Source: Amoebophrya sp. A120 (taxonomy: Eukaryota > Protista > Dinoflagellata). From it: a stretch of 64,000 nucleotides of DNA. The translations under genes were made by a program, and so were the position numbers. Shown one piece after another: positions 1 to 11,000 of this stretch. The DNA lies in NCBI GenBank assembly GCA_905178155.1, contig CAJINV010000031.1, positions 1-64,000 on the forward strand, read 5' to 3'. The stretch's first letter is position 1. Each line of letters begins with the position of its first letter. The notes under the pieces were generated by a model that had not been told where the DNA came from, searched no databases, and saw only the letters and a list, made by a program, of their open reading frames with translations.

Positions 1-467
1 CGCCCGCAATTTTTGCAGGGCCCGCCGGAAATCGCAAGCAAGCCTTCCGGCAAAGCCGTCGCAAAGCCGGCGCCCGGGTCTTCCCTGAGGCGGGTCGCGA
101 CCGCCGGCCCCGGCGCTGCTGCGCGTTCTGGGGTGCCGGGTTTGGGACCCCTTCCGGCAGGACCCCACAGTAGGGGAGGGGGGGGGGCGAGATCCGCAGT
201 AGGCGCGCACGCCGACCGGGACACGACCTGGCGCGCGCCGGTACGCAGTAGGAAAGGGCCAGTCCGGGTCGCAGGCAGCTGCCTAGGGGGGTAAAGTTGT
301 GCGGACCCCGCCACTCACCCCCTGCGGAGTTCCCCCCGTCCGCAGTTTGTCACTTTGAGTCTAAATTATGTCTCCTCGGCTATGTTTTCAACTGATCACC
401 ATGATTACGGTTATATGTCAAAATTGGTGAATCTCCAGGATTATTTCCAAAATTCACCAACAGGCGT

Positions 468-1859
468 GTGCCAGGCCACACGGGTAGTGTACACTCAGTC
501 CCTGCGGCTACTCAGGAAGAGTATGCGCGGGAAGCTGCCAGAATCAGGGATGCGAAATTGGCCTACAAGGAGACGGGCCAGCGTCCAGTAGGCATCAGTA
601 AATACTCTGTGGAAGTCCTGCCTTGGCAGGTGCAAAGAGCAGAACAAGAGCGGGCGCGCTTGTACAACAACAAGAATGGCCCCAAGGGCAAAGGAAAGAA
701 TAGTAAAGGAAAAGGAGGAAAAGGAAGTGTGCCTACCATGGGCGGCCGCAATTACGATCAATCGGAGTCTGAGAATCAGCAGGGAAAGGGCTCCGGCGCC
801 TCTAATCCCATGAGCCCGCACCTCGTCGCCGCGGCGGATCCGCGCAATCGCGACGACCGACAACCTCGGCGGCCGTGCATCTTTTTCCTTCCTTCGCAGT
901 GGTGTGAATTCGACATGGACAAGATCTCCTACGATCATTTGGGTATTCCGCGGTATAGAGACCAAAAGGATGCCGGTGCTCCTAAGGTGCGACAGCCACT
1001 GTACAACAACAAATGGGTTGCGCCTGCAGTTGAAGGCGAGATCAAGCAGAACAAGAGCAACGGCGCCGCCGTATCGGCTGCTGCAACGACTAACGTTACT
1101 CCCAGTAACACGGGCGGCGGGTTGGCCACCAGTTCAACCGCCTCCTCCTCAAGTGTCCCATCATCTTTCAGCTCTTGTAACCCCCCGTCGTTGTCCAGCA
1201 ACACCAGTTTTGTCGTGACTGAAGCTACCGGAGTCCTGGCGTCCACCGCCACTCCGTCAAAGGATATCAACCTGTTGCCCGCCAGTTACCTTGGACAATC
1301 CAATGCCGGTGGAGGTAGCCTGGGATCATTATTGATCAGTGGCCGGGATGCTGCTGCAGCGCGAAACGCTATTGCCCCAAGCCCGCGGAAGAACACGGCT
1401 TCGCCAACGACTAGTGGACGAACACTTGCGGAAGTACAAGGAACCGGAAGCAAGAATTCCACGTCTTCCACCGCGGTGCCGGAAGCTACACAGCCGCCCC
1501 CAGCGGCGCAGAGCAGTAAATCTCCTACTCCTGGCGTGCGTCGATCCCTTGGATCAAAGCGGAAGGCCAACAAGCGGAAGACTGTGCACAATACCGGGCG
1601 TGGCACTTTACCAGCCAGTCGTGAGGAGTTTATCGACATGAAGATTGGTGACATAGAATCTAATTTTATGCATCTTTTCACCAAGACAAGTCGTGAGTAT
1701 GAAAGCCACTGGGGCAAAGATAATCTGCCGTCCCCTGGACAACATCCGACGACTTTCGATCTCGCTATGGAAAAATTTGCCTCGCGACTTGACAAAGAAG
1801 GAAAATGGATTGAGTCGGAAAGTGAAGATAGTGATGAGGAAGAGAACAAGGAAACGTAG
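468..1859 (+). CDS. Hypothetical low-complexity protein (KG-rich and S/T-rich, degenerate CCCH-like motif); 5' end uncertain
   Basis: 463-codon ORF starting at GTG. Contains KGKGKNSKGKGGKG, PCIFFLPSQWCEFDMDKISYDH (C-x8-C-x6-I-x3-H), basic KRKANKRK and an acidic tail. No recognisable family. Confidence 0.45.
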   Translation: MPGHTGSVHSVPAATQEEYAREAARIRDAKLAYKETGQRPVGISKYSVEVLPWQVQRAEQERARLYNNKNGPKGKGKNSKGKGGKGSVPTMGGRNYDQSESENQQGKGSGASNPMSPHLVAAADPRNRDDRQPRRPCIFFLPSQWCEFDMDKISYDHLGIPRYRDQKDAGAPKVRQPLYNNKWVAPAVEGEIKQNKSNGAAVSAAATTNVTPSNTGGGLATSSTASSSSVPSSFSSCNPPSLSSNTSFVVTEATGVLASTATPSKDINLLPASYLGQSNAGGGSLGSLLISGRDAAAARNAIAPSPRKNTASPTTSGRTLAEVQGTGSKNSTSSTAVPEATQPPPAAQSSKSPTPGVRRSLGSKRKANKRKTVHNTGRGTLPASREEFIDMKIGDIESNFMHLFTKTSREYESHWGKDNLPSPGQHPTTFDLAMEKFASRLDKEGKWIESESEDSDEEENKET

Positions 1860-2657
1860 ACTCATTTATTTTCTTGACGCTTGGGAAGAGAGAGAATTGA
1901 TCAGAAGAAAGATTTGAATGAATTCGTAAGGAGAAAGTCGACGAATAGCAATTTTATGTCTGACATGTTCAAATTGCAATTTCCAATCAAAGCCGTAGTC
2001 TTTTTTCTGTGCAGGAGTAGTGCTCTCCTGCCTCTGAACTCCTTGTGTTTTTACACGTGGGAAGTCTTCTCTTCTTGAGCGAATCTGAAGCATCTCATTC
2101 TGTATCTTCTGAATGGACAACAGCGATGGACTCCAAGTCTTACTTGAAGAAATGCGTCTTGAATCAGAAAAGAGTGATGATTTGTAAATCCCCTGGATTG
2201 AATAAGAAACACATTTACTGAAACCGACTAGAGCTACTAGACTCTATTCGTTGCGCGCTCCCCCAAGGGGGAGGCTTCCCTCGGGAAGTCGGATGCTCTC
2301 TTATCGGATCTATTTGCGTTTGATCTTGCTGCGTTTTATTCTTGGCAAGGGTCTCTACTCCAGAAATATCGGCGCAGGATCTACATCGATCCACACAGTT
2401 AGGGGGGGGGGGGGGGTGGGGGCACAGTACTCCCGCGCCGGCAGTGAGTGTGATTTTGCATTCCTAGGCCGGCGAGACGATTTTGCATTCCTAGGCCGGA
2501 AGTCGCGAAATCCGACAAGTGAGTGACTTTAAGCTGCATAGTGTGGCAACCCAACTGCCCAAAACTATAAAGCTTTCTTGTTTAGCCACTCAAAATTGCA
2601 AAATCTGCCCAGTATGCAGCTGGAAGCTAACATATCTGGCAAATGGGGTGCAAAAAA

Positions 2658-3078
2658 TGTTGAAAAACGTGGATCGAGCCGAGTTTTGCTTCACAAAACG
2701 ACGGGAGTACGGATCTACTATGAGGACCGAGATCAACGACAAGGACCGAGATTCACGACTAGGCTGGGGATCTTGTAGAACAGGGCAAAACAAGGAGACA
2801 GCACTCGTGAGAGCGGTCGCGACGTTGGGAGCGGTCGCGAAGTAGCAAAGTATCTTGAAGGTCAACATCGTGTTACAAAGCCGCAGGCTTATCCAGTACG
2901 ACAACAACAGACTCCCTCACAAAGTCTAGCTTTGGTGTGGAAGTGGCTTTTTGGTATCAGGAATTGCAGAAAAGACCGTAAAACACTAAAACTCCGTAAA
3001 ACACCCCGTAGGGCGGTGGCAACCCGTAGGCTGGGTGGTTCGCTCAGAACACACCGCAAAAGGACACAGATTTTGACA
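2658..3078 (-). repeat. 3' LTR of element A
   Basis: TG...CA termini; 16 substitutions counted by eye versus 15420-15840. Confidence 0.97.
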
Positions 3079-3090
3079 CACCCCTTCGAA
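3079..3090 (-). other. Polypurine tract of element A
   Basis: Minus strand reads ...TTCGAAGGGGTG immediately before the 3' LTR. Confidence 0.7.
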
Positions 3091-3172
3091 TTCGTAACAG
3101 GTAACTAGTAAAACTAGAAGCTACTTATTCATCAGGAATAAAGAGTCAAACAGGAATAAAAGGATATGAAAA

Positions 3173-4972
3173 CTAGGGCTGCATGGCCTTGCTCGAAGAG
3201 CTGCTGCTAGCGCTATTTCCCAAAAGGTTTTCTTCTTTCATTCCATTCGTCCCGTCCCCGATCGCATCGGTTTCCTTCTCCTTCTCCGCTACGGCATGTG
3301 GACCGAAGTTCTCCAGCGTGTGCATCTTGACAAGCGGGCAAGTCAGGTTCTGCAACTGGAGTTGTCCCTGGTTTCCCTGTTTCCGGAGGTTGGCCAGCTT
3401 TCGGAGCGCTGTCCTCTCCGACTCATTGGCTCGCTCGAGCTGTTTTGTGCTCGGGAGTCCACCGTGCAAATAATTTCTCATCGAAGTGTACTGCGAATTA
3501 ATAAAATTCCCCAACGCTTTGTAGTGTCCCAGTTTCCCGCCGCTAGTCGACAATCCGCTGTGGTGGTCGAAGAGAGCGATCAGCCCGCCGATGTTCACGC
3601 GGGCGTTGGTCTGCAGATTCTCCAATTCGGAAATCGGGCTGCGGGAAAATTCAGCCTCAGATCCCAACTCACACTTCACCATGTACAAAGCCGTTGCGAG
3701 TGCGCACCGAGCTGGCTCGTGCGCGGCGGCCATGTACGCCGGAATGATGCAGCAGCACACCACTTGCTTGTGGGCTCCCCAGTGAGCAAACTCCCGGACA
3801 ATTGCTTCCACGGTGTCCGTGAAGGAACAACTCTGCTCCCGCAAATTCAGCAAGAAGTCTTTAATTCCCACTTCAAAACAGCACCCATAATCGATGACAT
3901 GGGTCGGGAAGAAGGTCGGCTCCCGGATTTCTCCAATTGGCGCAGGGTCGGGGTGGAACACCGGATCTTTCCGTCGGATGTGGGCGCACGAGGTGCAGGT
4001 CTTGTAGATCTTCTCCTCGTACCGCAGGTGGCGATGGTCAGTGCAAAAACCTAATCCCGTCGCCGGAGTTGGGGTGGACATCTCGTTTGCTGTGTGCCCT
4101 TTGTGACGCGACGGATCCGGGTAGTGGTGTCCCCTGTCCTCGTGCACGACGTTCTTCATCTGCATCGGGACATACGGCGCGTTGACCCAGATGTCGCCCA
4201 AGAACATGTCGGTCGAGTTCTCGCTGCCGGTGTACTGGAAGGCGCGACCGATGAGCTCCTTGCAGGCGGCCACGAGGCCAGAACCCATCGCCACTGCCTT
4301 GCTTCCTTCCGCCATAGCGGGTTTTTGTTCGGCCGTAGCCTGCTTTTCTTCTTCGTTGAACACTTTCTCCTGACTGTTCAACAACGATTTTTCCGCGTCT
4401 GCTTTTGCTTCCGCATCCGAATCGGTCTTGGGCCGTTTCGGCTCCGGTTCGTCACCGAAGAAACACGGATCTCCTGCGCTCGGCACGTCCGAGTCCGGAC
4501 TCACATCCGACATCTCCACCTTCACGCAATCCTCGCCGGCGTCTACGCCCGGTTTTTCCACTTCCATAGCACCATCCGAGGTGTTCGCTGCGCGTAATTT
4601 CCGGTCCTTCTCGAGGTTGGCGACGTGCTGTTTCGAGCCCAAATAGCAATCGGCACTGGACCACCGACGGCCGTCGTTGCAGGATGCATTTCCGCTGAAA
4701 TCCGCATCCTTCTTCAGCGACGGACTGTTTTTATTTTTCCCCGCGGATTGCTCACCCGGGGTCCCCGGGTTCTCGACGGCGCTCCCCGGTTCTTCCTTCT
4801 TCTCCTCCGGACTGTCACCCTTTTGTTGGAAGACCACGGCGGAGTCTTGGTTCACTTTGACCTCGACTCCCATCTCGTCCAGGACCTGGCACACCTCCTC
4901 GTTCTTCAGACCTGGCAAGTCTCCGGGCGCCAGGTTTTCTGGCTCCTGCACCGGAGTAGGATCGCTTGACAT
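3173..4972 (-). CDS. Element A accessory protein, 599 aa, unknown function
   Basis: Intact ATG-started ORF between pol and the 3' LTR. Acidic disordered N-half with NLS-like PEPKRPK; Cys/His-rich, apparently folded C-half (CTDHRH...CTSCAH). No obvious signal peptide or TM helix. Confidence 0.8.
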   Translation of the reverse strand: MSSDPTPVQEPENLAPGDLPGLKNEEVCQVLDEMGVEVKVNQDSAVVFQQKGDSPEEKKEEPGSAVENPGTPGEQSAGKNKNSPSLKKDADFSGNASCNDGRRWSSADCYLGSKQHVANLEKDRKLRAANTSDGAMEVEKPGVDAGEDCVKVEMSDVSPDSDVPSAGDPCFFGDEPEPKRPKTDSDAEAKADAEKSLLNSQEKVFNEEEKQATAEQKPAMAEGSKAVAMGSGLVAACKELIGRAFQYTGSENSTDMFLGDIWVNAPYVPMQMKNVVHEDRGHHYPDPSRHKGHTANEMSTPTPATGLGFCTDHRHLRYEEKIYKTCTSCAHIRRKDPVFHPDPAPIGEIREPTFFPTHVIDYGCCFEVGIKDFLLNLREQSCSFTDTVEAIVREFAHWGAHKQVVCCCIIPAYMAAAHEPARCALATALYMVKCELGSEAEFSRSPISELENLQTNARVNIGGLIALFDHHSGLSTSGGKLGHYKALGNFINSQYTSMRNYLHGGLPSTKQLERANESERTALRKLANLRKQGNQGQLQLQNLTCPLVKMHTLENFGPHAVAEKEKETDAIGDGTNGMKEENLLGNSASSSSSSKAMQP

Positions 4973-5563
4973 GACAACCCGTAGGAGAATTGGGTAGCAG
5001 TTTTTACTTTACCAGAAAAGACAAACTGCAAGTGGTGCTCTACTAGCTTAGTGCTACGGCAAGGAAAAAAAGGTAAGTGCACTAAACTTGTAACGGTGAG
5101 GTCGCTGTTTTTTTTGCATGAGGGAATTTGCAGTTGTTTTCCTTTTTCTGAGGTATTGTAACTCGAAGAGAAAAGCTGCCTTTGTGGTTTTTGCAGCTCG
5201 AAAAACAACTAGCGAGAAAAACAGCGAGAAAACTGATCGAGAAAACGTTCTTAGCCTTGTTTCTTTTGTTCCAGACAGTGATCCTTGTGCGATTTCTTTG
5301 GTTCGGAAATGTTCAGAAGGGCACGCAAAACAGTAGATCGAAAAGCGAAGTAAGTGGTCGATTTAGTCGCTGACGATTTGGTAATTGGAACGTGAAAAAC
5401 AGCCCGTAGGATGTGCATTGCATGAGACAACCCGTAGGTCGGAAGGACTTGCTGCTTACGTTGTGCGAAGCACAGCAGCGTCAGACATCAGCATCTAGTC
5501 CGATGTCACGGCGCAGAGTTGCGCCGCGGTGTTGCAAGGCAACACCAGAAGAATCGGACACGT

Positions 5564-6316
5564 CTACAACTCCTCTTCCGGATAGAAGTTCCACTCGCTG
5601 CCCTGCCGCAGCGCTTCAATCTCCATCCGCATGCGCCGCATCTCATCGACCATCAGGGCGAAGGCCTCCAGCAACTGCCGCTGCATGGCAACCATCTCCA
5701 GGCTCACCGGGTTGTTCCCCTGTTCCGCTTCCTGCAGCACCGCCGGCAGGTTATTCCCACCGCGACCATTCGCACCGCGACGCGGCGGGCGGTACTCCGC
5801 GAAGTCGAACACGGTATCCGGCTCCAAGTTCTGGCTCACCACGCGGGTGCCAGTGCGGGTGTCTTCCGCGTTGCACCACAATTCCGTTCCAATGTTACGC
5901 CGCATCCGCGACTCCTGCACCGCGATCAAAAAGTCGCGCGTGCGCCCCTGCGGTTGGACGCGCAAGGTCCGGCTGTTCCCGTTGGGCCACCGTCTCAACC
6001 CGAAGTTGTGGAACCGCGGGGCGGCCTGGGGGTTCGCACGCGACACGCCCGGCACGTGGTTCAACTCCTCATCATCGTTGATCAGCACGGATGTCAGGCG
6101 GTAGACCCGGCGATCCGGTTCCCCTTCCGCAAGGATCGCGGCTTCCGCAGCTGCTCCGCCCGGCGGCACTTCCGCCGCCGGCACAACCCCTGGGCTTCCG
6201 GCACCGTTGTTTCCGGCCGCAGCCGGCATCGGGACATTCACCCCTCCCGCAGCTCCAGCTGCCCCCGCGTTCGCGTTTCCCGCCGGGAGCGCCAACGCGA
6301 TCTGCTGTTCCGCCAT
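5564..6316 (-). CDS. Element A accessory protein, about 250 aa, unknown function
   Basis: First ATG at 6316 (MAEQQIAL), preceded by a T-tract and CTAG acceptor-like site. Ala/Gly-rich N-terminus and coiled-coil-like C-terminus. Confidence 0.7.
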   Translation of the reverse strand: MAEQQIALALPAGNANAGAAGAAGGVNVPMPAAAGNNGAGSPGVVPAAEVPPGGAAAEAAILAEGEPDRRVYRLTSVLINDDEELNHVPGVSRANPQAAPRFHNFGLRRWPNGNSRTLRVQPQGRTRDFLIAVQESRMRRNIGTELWCNAEDTRTGTRVVSQNLEPDTVFDFAEYRPPRRGANGRGGNNLPAVLQEAEQGNNPVSLEMVAMQRQLLEAFALMVDEMRRMRMEIEALRQGSEWNFYPEEEL

Positions 6317-6798
6317 AGCGTTAATACGTGGGCTTTTGACTAGACCTAGACAAAAAAACAAGGTGAGGCTGTATGCGGAACGAAAGAAAGTGCCAGATGA
6401 CAGTGACGCTGAAGGCTGTAACTCTTGAAAAATATCCAACTTGAAGCTCTTATCTCTAGTGAGAGTCACCTCCACAAAAAAATTGACTGGCGTTTTTTTT
6501 TTTTTCCGAAGTGCTTTCTTTTTGTTTTGTCGAAAAGCTTACCGATGCCTCAACTTATGTTTTTAGAAAAAGTAGACACGCACGAGAACGACCCAGGATA
6601 ACAAAAGCGAGTAGTATTAGTGTCGAAGTCGATATATATTTTCTCCGATACGAAAAGGCGGCCACGAGCAAAGTCCACGCTCTTTTTTGTTTCAACGAAA
6701 AAGGCTCTTATCGATGTCCGAGCGTTTGTTTTTGTGGCACGCCGTGGCGAGAATCCAGAAAGGAAACTAGACAACCCGTAGGTCTTCGAAGCTTGGAA

Positions 6799-7541
6799 TC
6801 ATTTCAAGCGATCACCGAAACCGCGAAACCATTTTCGATATTTTCCCATGCCGGGCACTACCAGACGAGCACCTTCCGCCGTTTGGTGTGACCGCTGCAG
6901 ACTACTCCACTCTGCTCTCAGTGCCGACTCCCAGCTGCTGTCTTGCGTTTGCTCCGGTGTTGGCTCCGAGAATAGGTCAGTAGGACCATTTCCTTTTTGC
7001 TTTTGCTCAGAAATGGGCATCTTCAGAGAGGGACTCGTAGATTCGGGGCGAGAAGGGACGGATGGTTTTTAGTAATTCGCCCCGGCGCGCCAGGTCGATG
7101 TCGCTGAAGCGCATCAACCGGTAGAAGTAGTTGTATTCCTGGTGGTAGCCGTCCTCGCGAAACCAACCGCGGCTCTGCAGTCCCAGCAGTCGGTCCCGAA
7201 TTTCCGCAAGGGGAGCTTCACGCCATCGTGTGCAATTCAACTCCTTGCTTGGTCCCTTCGAAATGCATGACATGTTTGAGCTAGCGTGGTAGTCGTGGAT
7301 GAAATAATGTCTGTACCAAAAACAGCAGGGCACTGACGGCAAGGCAATTTTTCAGATTGGATGTCGCAGTATTTTGCATGGCAAAAAAGAAAAGGGGGAT
7401 CAAGTGAGGTCTTCGCTCGCTTCGGTTTCGTTTTACACTGTGATCGCCAAACATTCCGATGATCTCCGCCGGGTGCATATCTTCTTCCTTGGATTCTTCT
7501 GGTTCGCATGGAGCAAAAGCATCTTTTTTGTTCAGCAACAA
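6799..7541 (-). CDS. Overlapping short ORFs of element A; possibly one spliced or frameshifted accessory gene
   Basis: Chained minus-strand ORFs 7281-7541, 7007-7342 and 6799-7020, bounded by CCCGTAGG motifs. 7007-7342 has protein-like composition. Confidence 0.35.
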
Positions 7542-8000
7542 CGCCTGTAGATCTAGGGATAGTATGTAAATATCACCAGTCGCAGAACTACAAGAAGACT
7601 TTGTATTCTAACAACCCGTAGGCATTTGTAGACACAAAAAAAAAAACCCGTAGGTCTTTCGGCACTACGTCTCCCGTGGTAGTCAGTTTGAAGGCGCATG
7701 AAATTCGTCATAAACAGCTGCTTATTTCCGGCCGGCTTTCCGCTGAAATAAGCACTCCGCCATCATGTTAGCCTGTGATGTATTTTAAATTTGCATTGAA
7801 AACATCAGAAATCCATGCATTGCGCGCTGTTTATGAACTCCGCAGGATCAAAGCCAGAGGCTATCTCTTGCTCCTGCTTGGCGTTCAGATTTTCTTGTAG
7901 CTCAGCCACACGCCCTGGCTTAGAACTGACTATAGTAACTTTATCGGGAAGTAGTGCCGCAGTGTTGTTGATGCTTTTGCTGCACCACACCTTCCACCCG

Positions 8001-11000
8001 TTAATCCGGTTCAGCCGCTTGGTGTGTCGGTTCAACACCTGGCGCAGAATTCCGCGGCACGACAGGCTGGGTAAGCGGGTGGTCGTCGGTGTAGCTCATG
8101 CTTTTGGTCATGGCGTCGGCCATCTGCTGGGTAGTGGAGCAGTGGATAACTTCCCGGAGTTCCAGGTCGTTTCCATGCTCCACCCACTGCTTGATGCTTT
8201 CAGCAGCCAAATGCATGCTGCGCTCTTTTGGACTGCTGATTTTCTTCAGTGCTTCTACTAAAGACATGCAATCAGTGAAAAGCTTCATGCTTAGCAGGGT
8301 ACCTGTACACTCAAAATACAAGAACTGTACTAGAAAACTAGAGTCCAACCCTTGTAAGACGGCCAGTGACTCGCCGGCCTTCGTGGAGTGTACGACTCTG
8401 TCTAAGTGCGAACTCTTCCATGAGATCAAGGACGCGTTTGAGTCCAGACAGGCGGGATCCGGGTCCCGGGGCCCGGCGCTGGCGATGGAGATGATCCGCC
8501 CGGCCGGTGTTTTGCCGCTTGTTTCTCCCGGTAGCGAAAGACGCGTCCGTGTGGATAGCGATGCACGCGTCCACCTGTTTCTCGAACACCACCGACATCG
8601 GAAACTTTTTCACCCGTTTCGCGACGCGGTTCAGTTCCTTGAGGTGTCCGAAGTCGGGACTCGAGGCGAAGGTTGCGGCCTTGTTCACGTCGAAACCGGA
8701 CAACGCGTGTCCGTGGTCGGACAGGTAGCTTAGCAGTCCAAGGAGGCTCCGATATTCCGAATGGAGCTTGCTCGGCAGCAACGCGTCGTCCGGAAAGGCC
8801 GCACCGGTCTCGTGGTTCGAGGGGATATCCACTGCTTCGATTCTGTCGATATGACTGTCGTACCGGATTCGGATACCGCCCTTCTTCGTTCTTTCCAAAC
8901 TTCCGCCCAGGTACTTTACCAGACCTTCCTTCAACTCCGTGATTTCCCAGTGGGAACACACCGCGGGAAAGATGTCACGAAAAAAGGACTTGTCCGCGAA
9001 GATTAATCCATCGTCGACATGGATACACATCACCGCGCGCAGTTTTCGTCCGCGGACCAAGTCGTGGTTGAGAAAATCCAGCAGGTCGTAGTGAGACTTT
9101 CCTTCGGCTCCCTTCAGCACGTCGGACAGCTTGTCGAGAAAAGCGCTTTCTACCGCGTCCGAGTCAGCTTCTTTCTTTTCTTTATCGGGGTAGTCGAAGT
9201 AGTAGAAGATGCTGGGGTCGATCTTGGAAACTTCAAATCCTCTTTTTTCCAAATCGGCTCGCAGGGCCAGGCAAAATGCACGCGGTGCATCGGCAAGGCC
9301 GTACACCGACGAAACACACTCCAAGACTTCATCTTCCTGCAGCTGCATCATCTTGCGTAAGATGGGGCGCGGCTCTACCGACACCCTCCCCTGGTTCAGT
9401 TTCCCTTTTAAAAACGCAGTAGGAGTATCGAGCGTCTTGTAGTCGAATCCCTTGTCCACTCCGCATTGGATGACAGTCCGTAGATTTTGGAGAACCACGG
9501 TCGGGGAGTCGGTTACCAGCCCACTGCGAAGTCTTGCATCTTTGAACCCTTGGATAATGGCTCTCACTTTTCTTCTAGTGATTTCCCGCGGGTCAGATGG
9601 ATTTTCAAACTTGTAAGTTTTTACTAATCGCATCTTCTGGAGGTTCACCGCTTCGCTCCGCTTGATGGGTTTGAAAACCTCGCTCTTGATGAAGCTCTCG
9701 AACTCGGCGGCGGTAGCTTTGTCGAAGTTGGGGTCCACCGTGTCGCGAGCGGCTTCGGCTTCCGTGAGTTCTTTCTGGACGAGCATCACGTCGGTCACCC
9801 CTTGGGCGCGACATTCCTTTTCCAGCCGCCGCACACAGGCGTCCTCGAACATCTCCCAAGTTTCCAGGTTCTCAGAGTCAATTTCCAGTAGGCGACACAC
9901 TGGCTCAGCCTCCGGCTCGGGAGAGGGTTCTCCGTTCTCCAGGAAATCGGCGAAATCAGCGATGGCAGCCCGCCGGATGTTCGTAATTTCTTCGTTTTCC
10001 AGAATGGCCTCGTAATCGTCGACAATGTTTCGTAAGCACTCGAGGGTGTGCCCGTTGCACCACTGGTCGTCCCCGTGGACCATCACCCCGCATTCTCCTT
10101 TTTGAAGTGGCTCGCCATCCCGGATTTCCAGCACCTCGCCGGTCAGGTGGTGAAGCGCCGCACTCTGAGAACACGTGCTACCGTGCGGGCCCTTGGAAGG
10201 AAATTCTCGTCCAGCCCAGAAGCGAAACCGTGAGTCGGTCCCAAGCTGATGCTCCAGTTGGCTCAGCTGCAGCGATGAGGGTCGTTCGCCGACCTTCAGA
10301 AATTCCTCGAGCCGCCGGATCCGCGGCGTCTTCTTGTCGAATTTCTCCGCAGCTTCCCGCTCAGTAATCGGCGCGCTGGGTCGCTTCGTCGTATTCCGTG
10401 GCGTGACCAACTGGGTAGGCTCGTGGAAGACCGGGCGTCCCACCACAAATTGGCTTTTCTTCTTGATTTCCAATCCGTGGCGCCGCGACCACACGTTGCT
10501 GGGGTCCTCCTCGAAAGCACAGGCGCATCCGACCAAGTCACTGCAGCGGATATTGTTGCCGCGCTCCCGTCGGATCTCATCCCGCTCCGCGGACCGTGCC
10601 ATCCGCTGCTTGTTACAAGCACTACAGTTGATTGGCTCCACAAACAGCTCACCGCGCAGCCCCATGTCGTGGGTTCGTCCGAAGGTGATCACGACCACGG
10701 GTCTCCATTCGCGTAGCACCTGGCGGATCTCGATCAAGTCAGCTTCTGATCCGGGGTTGTGGAGCAGGGTGCGGCAACTCCCGTCGCTGTTGGAGCACAC
10801 CACGAGCTGGCTGCGGCGATGACTTTTCAAAGCAAGTTTGTTGCTATACTTATCGCCCACAATCCGCACCATGTTCGACGTCTCCTGCTCCTCCGATTTT
10901 AGCCATCCGGTAGAATCCTCGTAAAGTTCCGTTTTCTTGCCTGGTGGGCGCCACTGGATTCTTCCGTTTGGAGTCGCTGCGAAAGCCCCTAGCTCCAGTG

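Noticed and set aside
4975-4990. CCTACGGG as 16S rRNA or 341F primer sequence
   Set aside because: Only 8 nt match and there is no surrounding rRNA sequence.
3173-6316. env gene in element A
   Set aside because: The position fits, but no signal peptide or transmembrane anchor is visible in either ORF.
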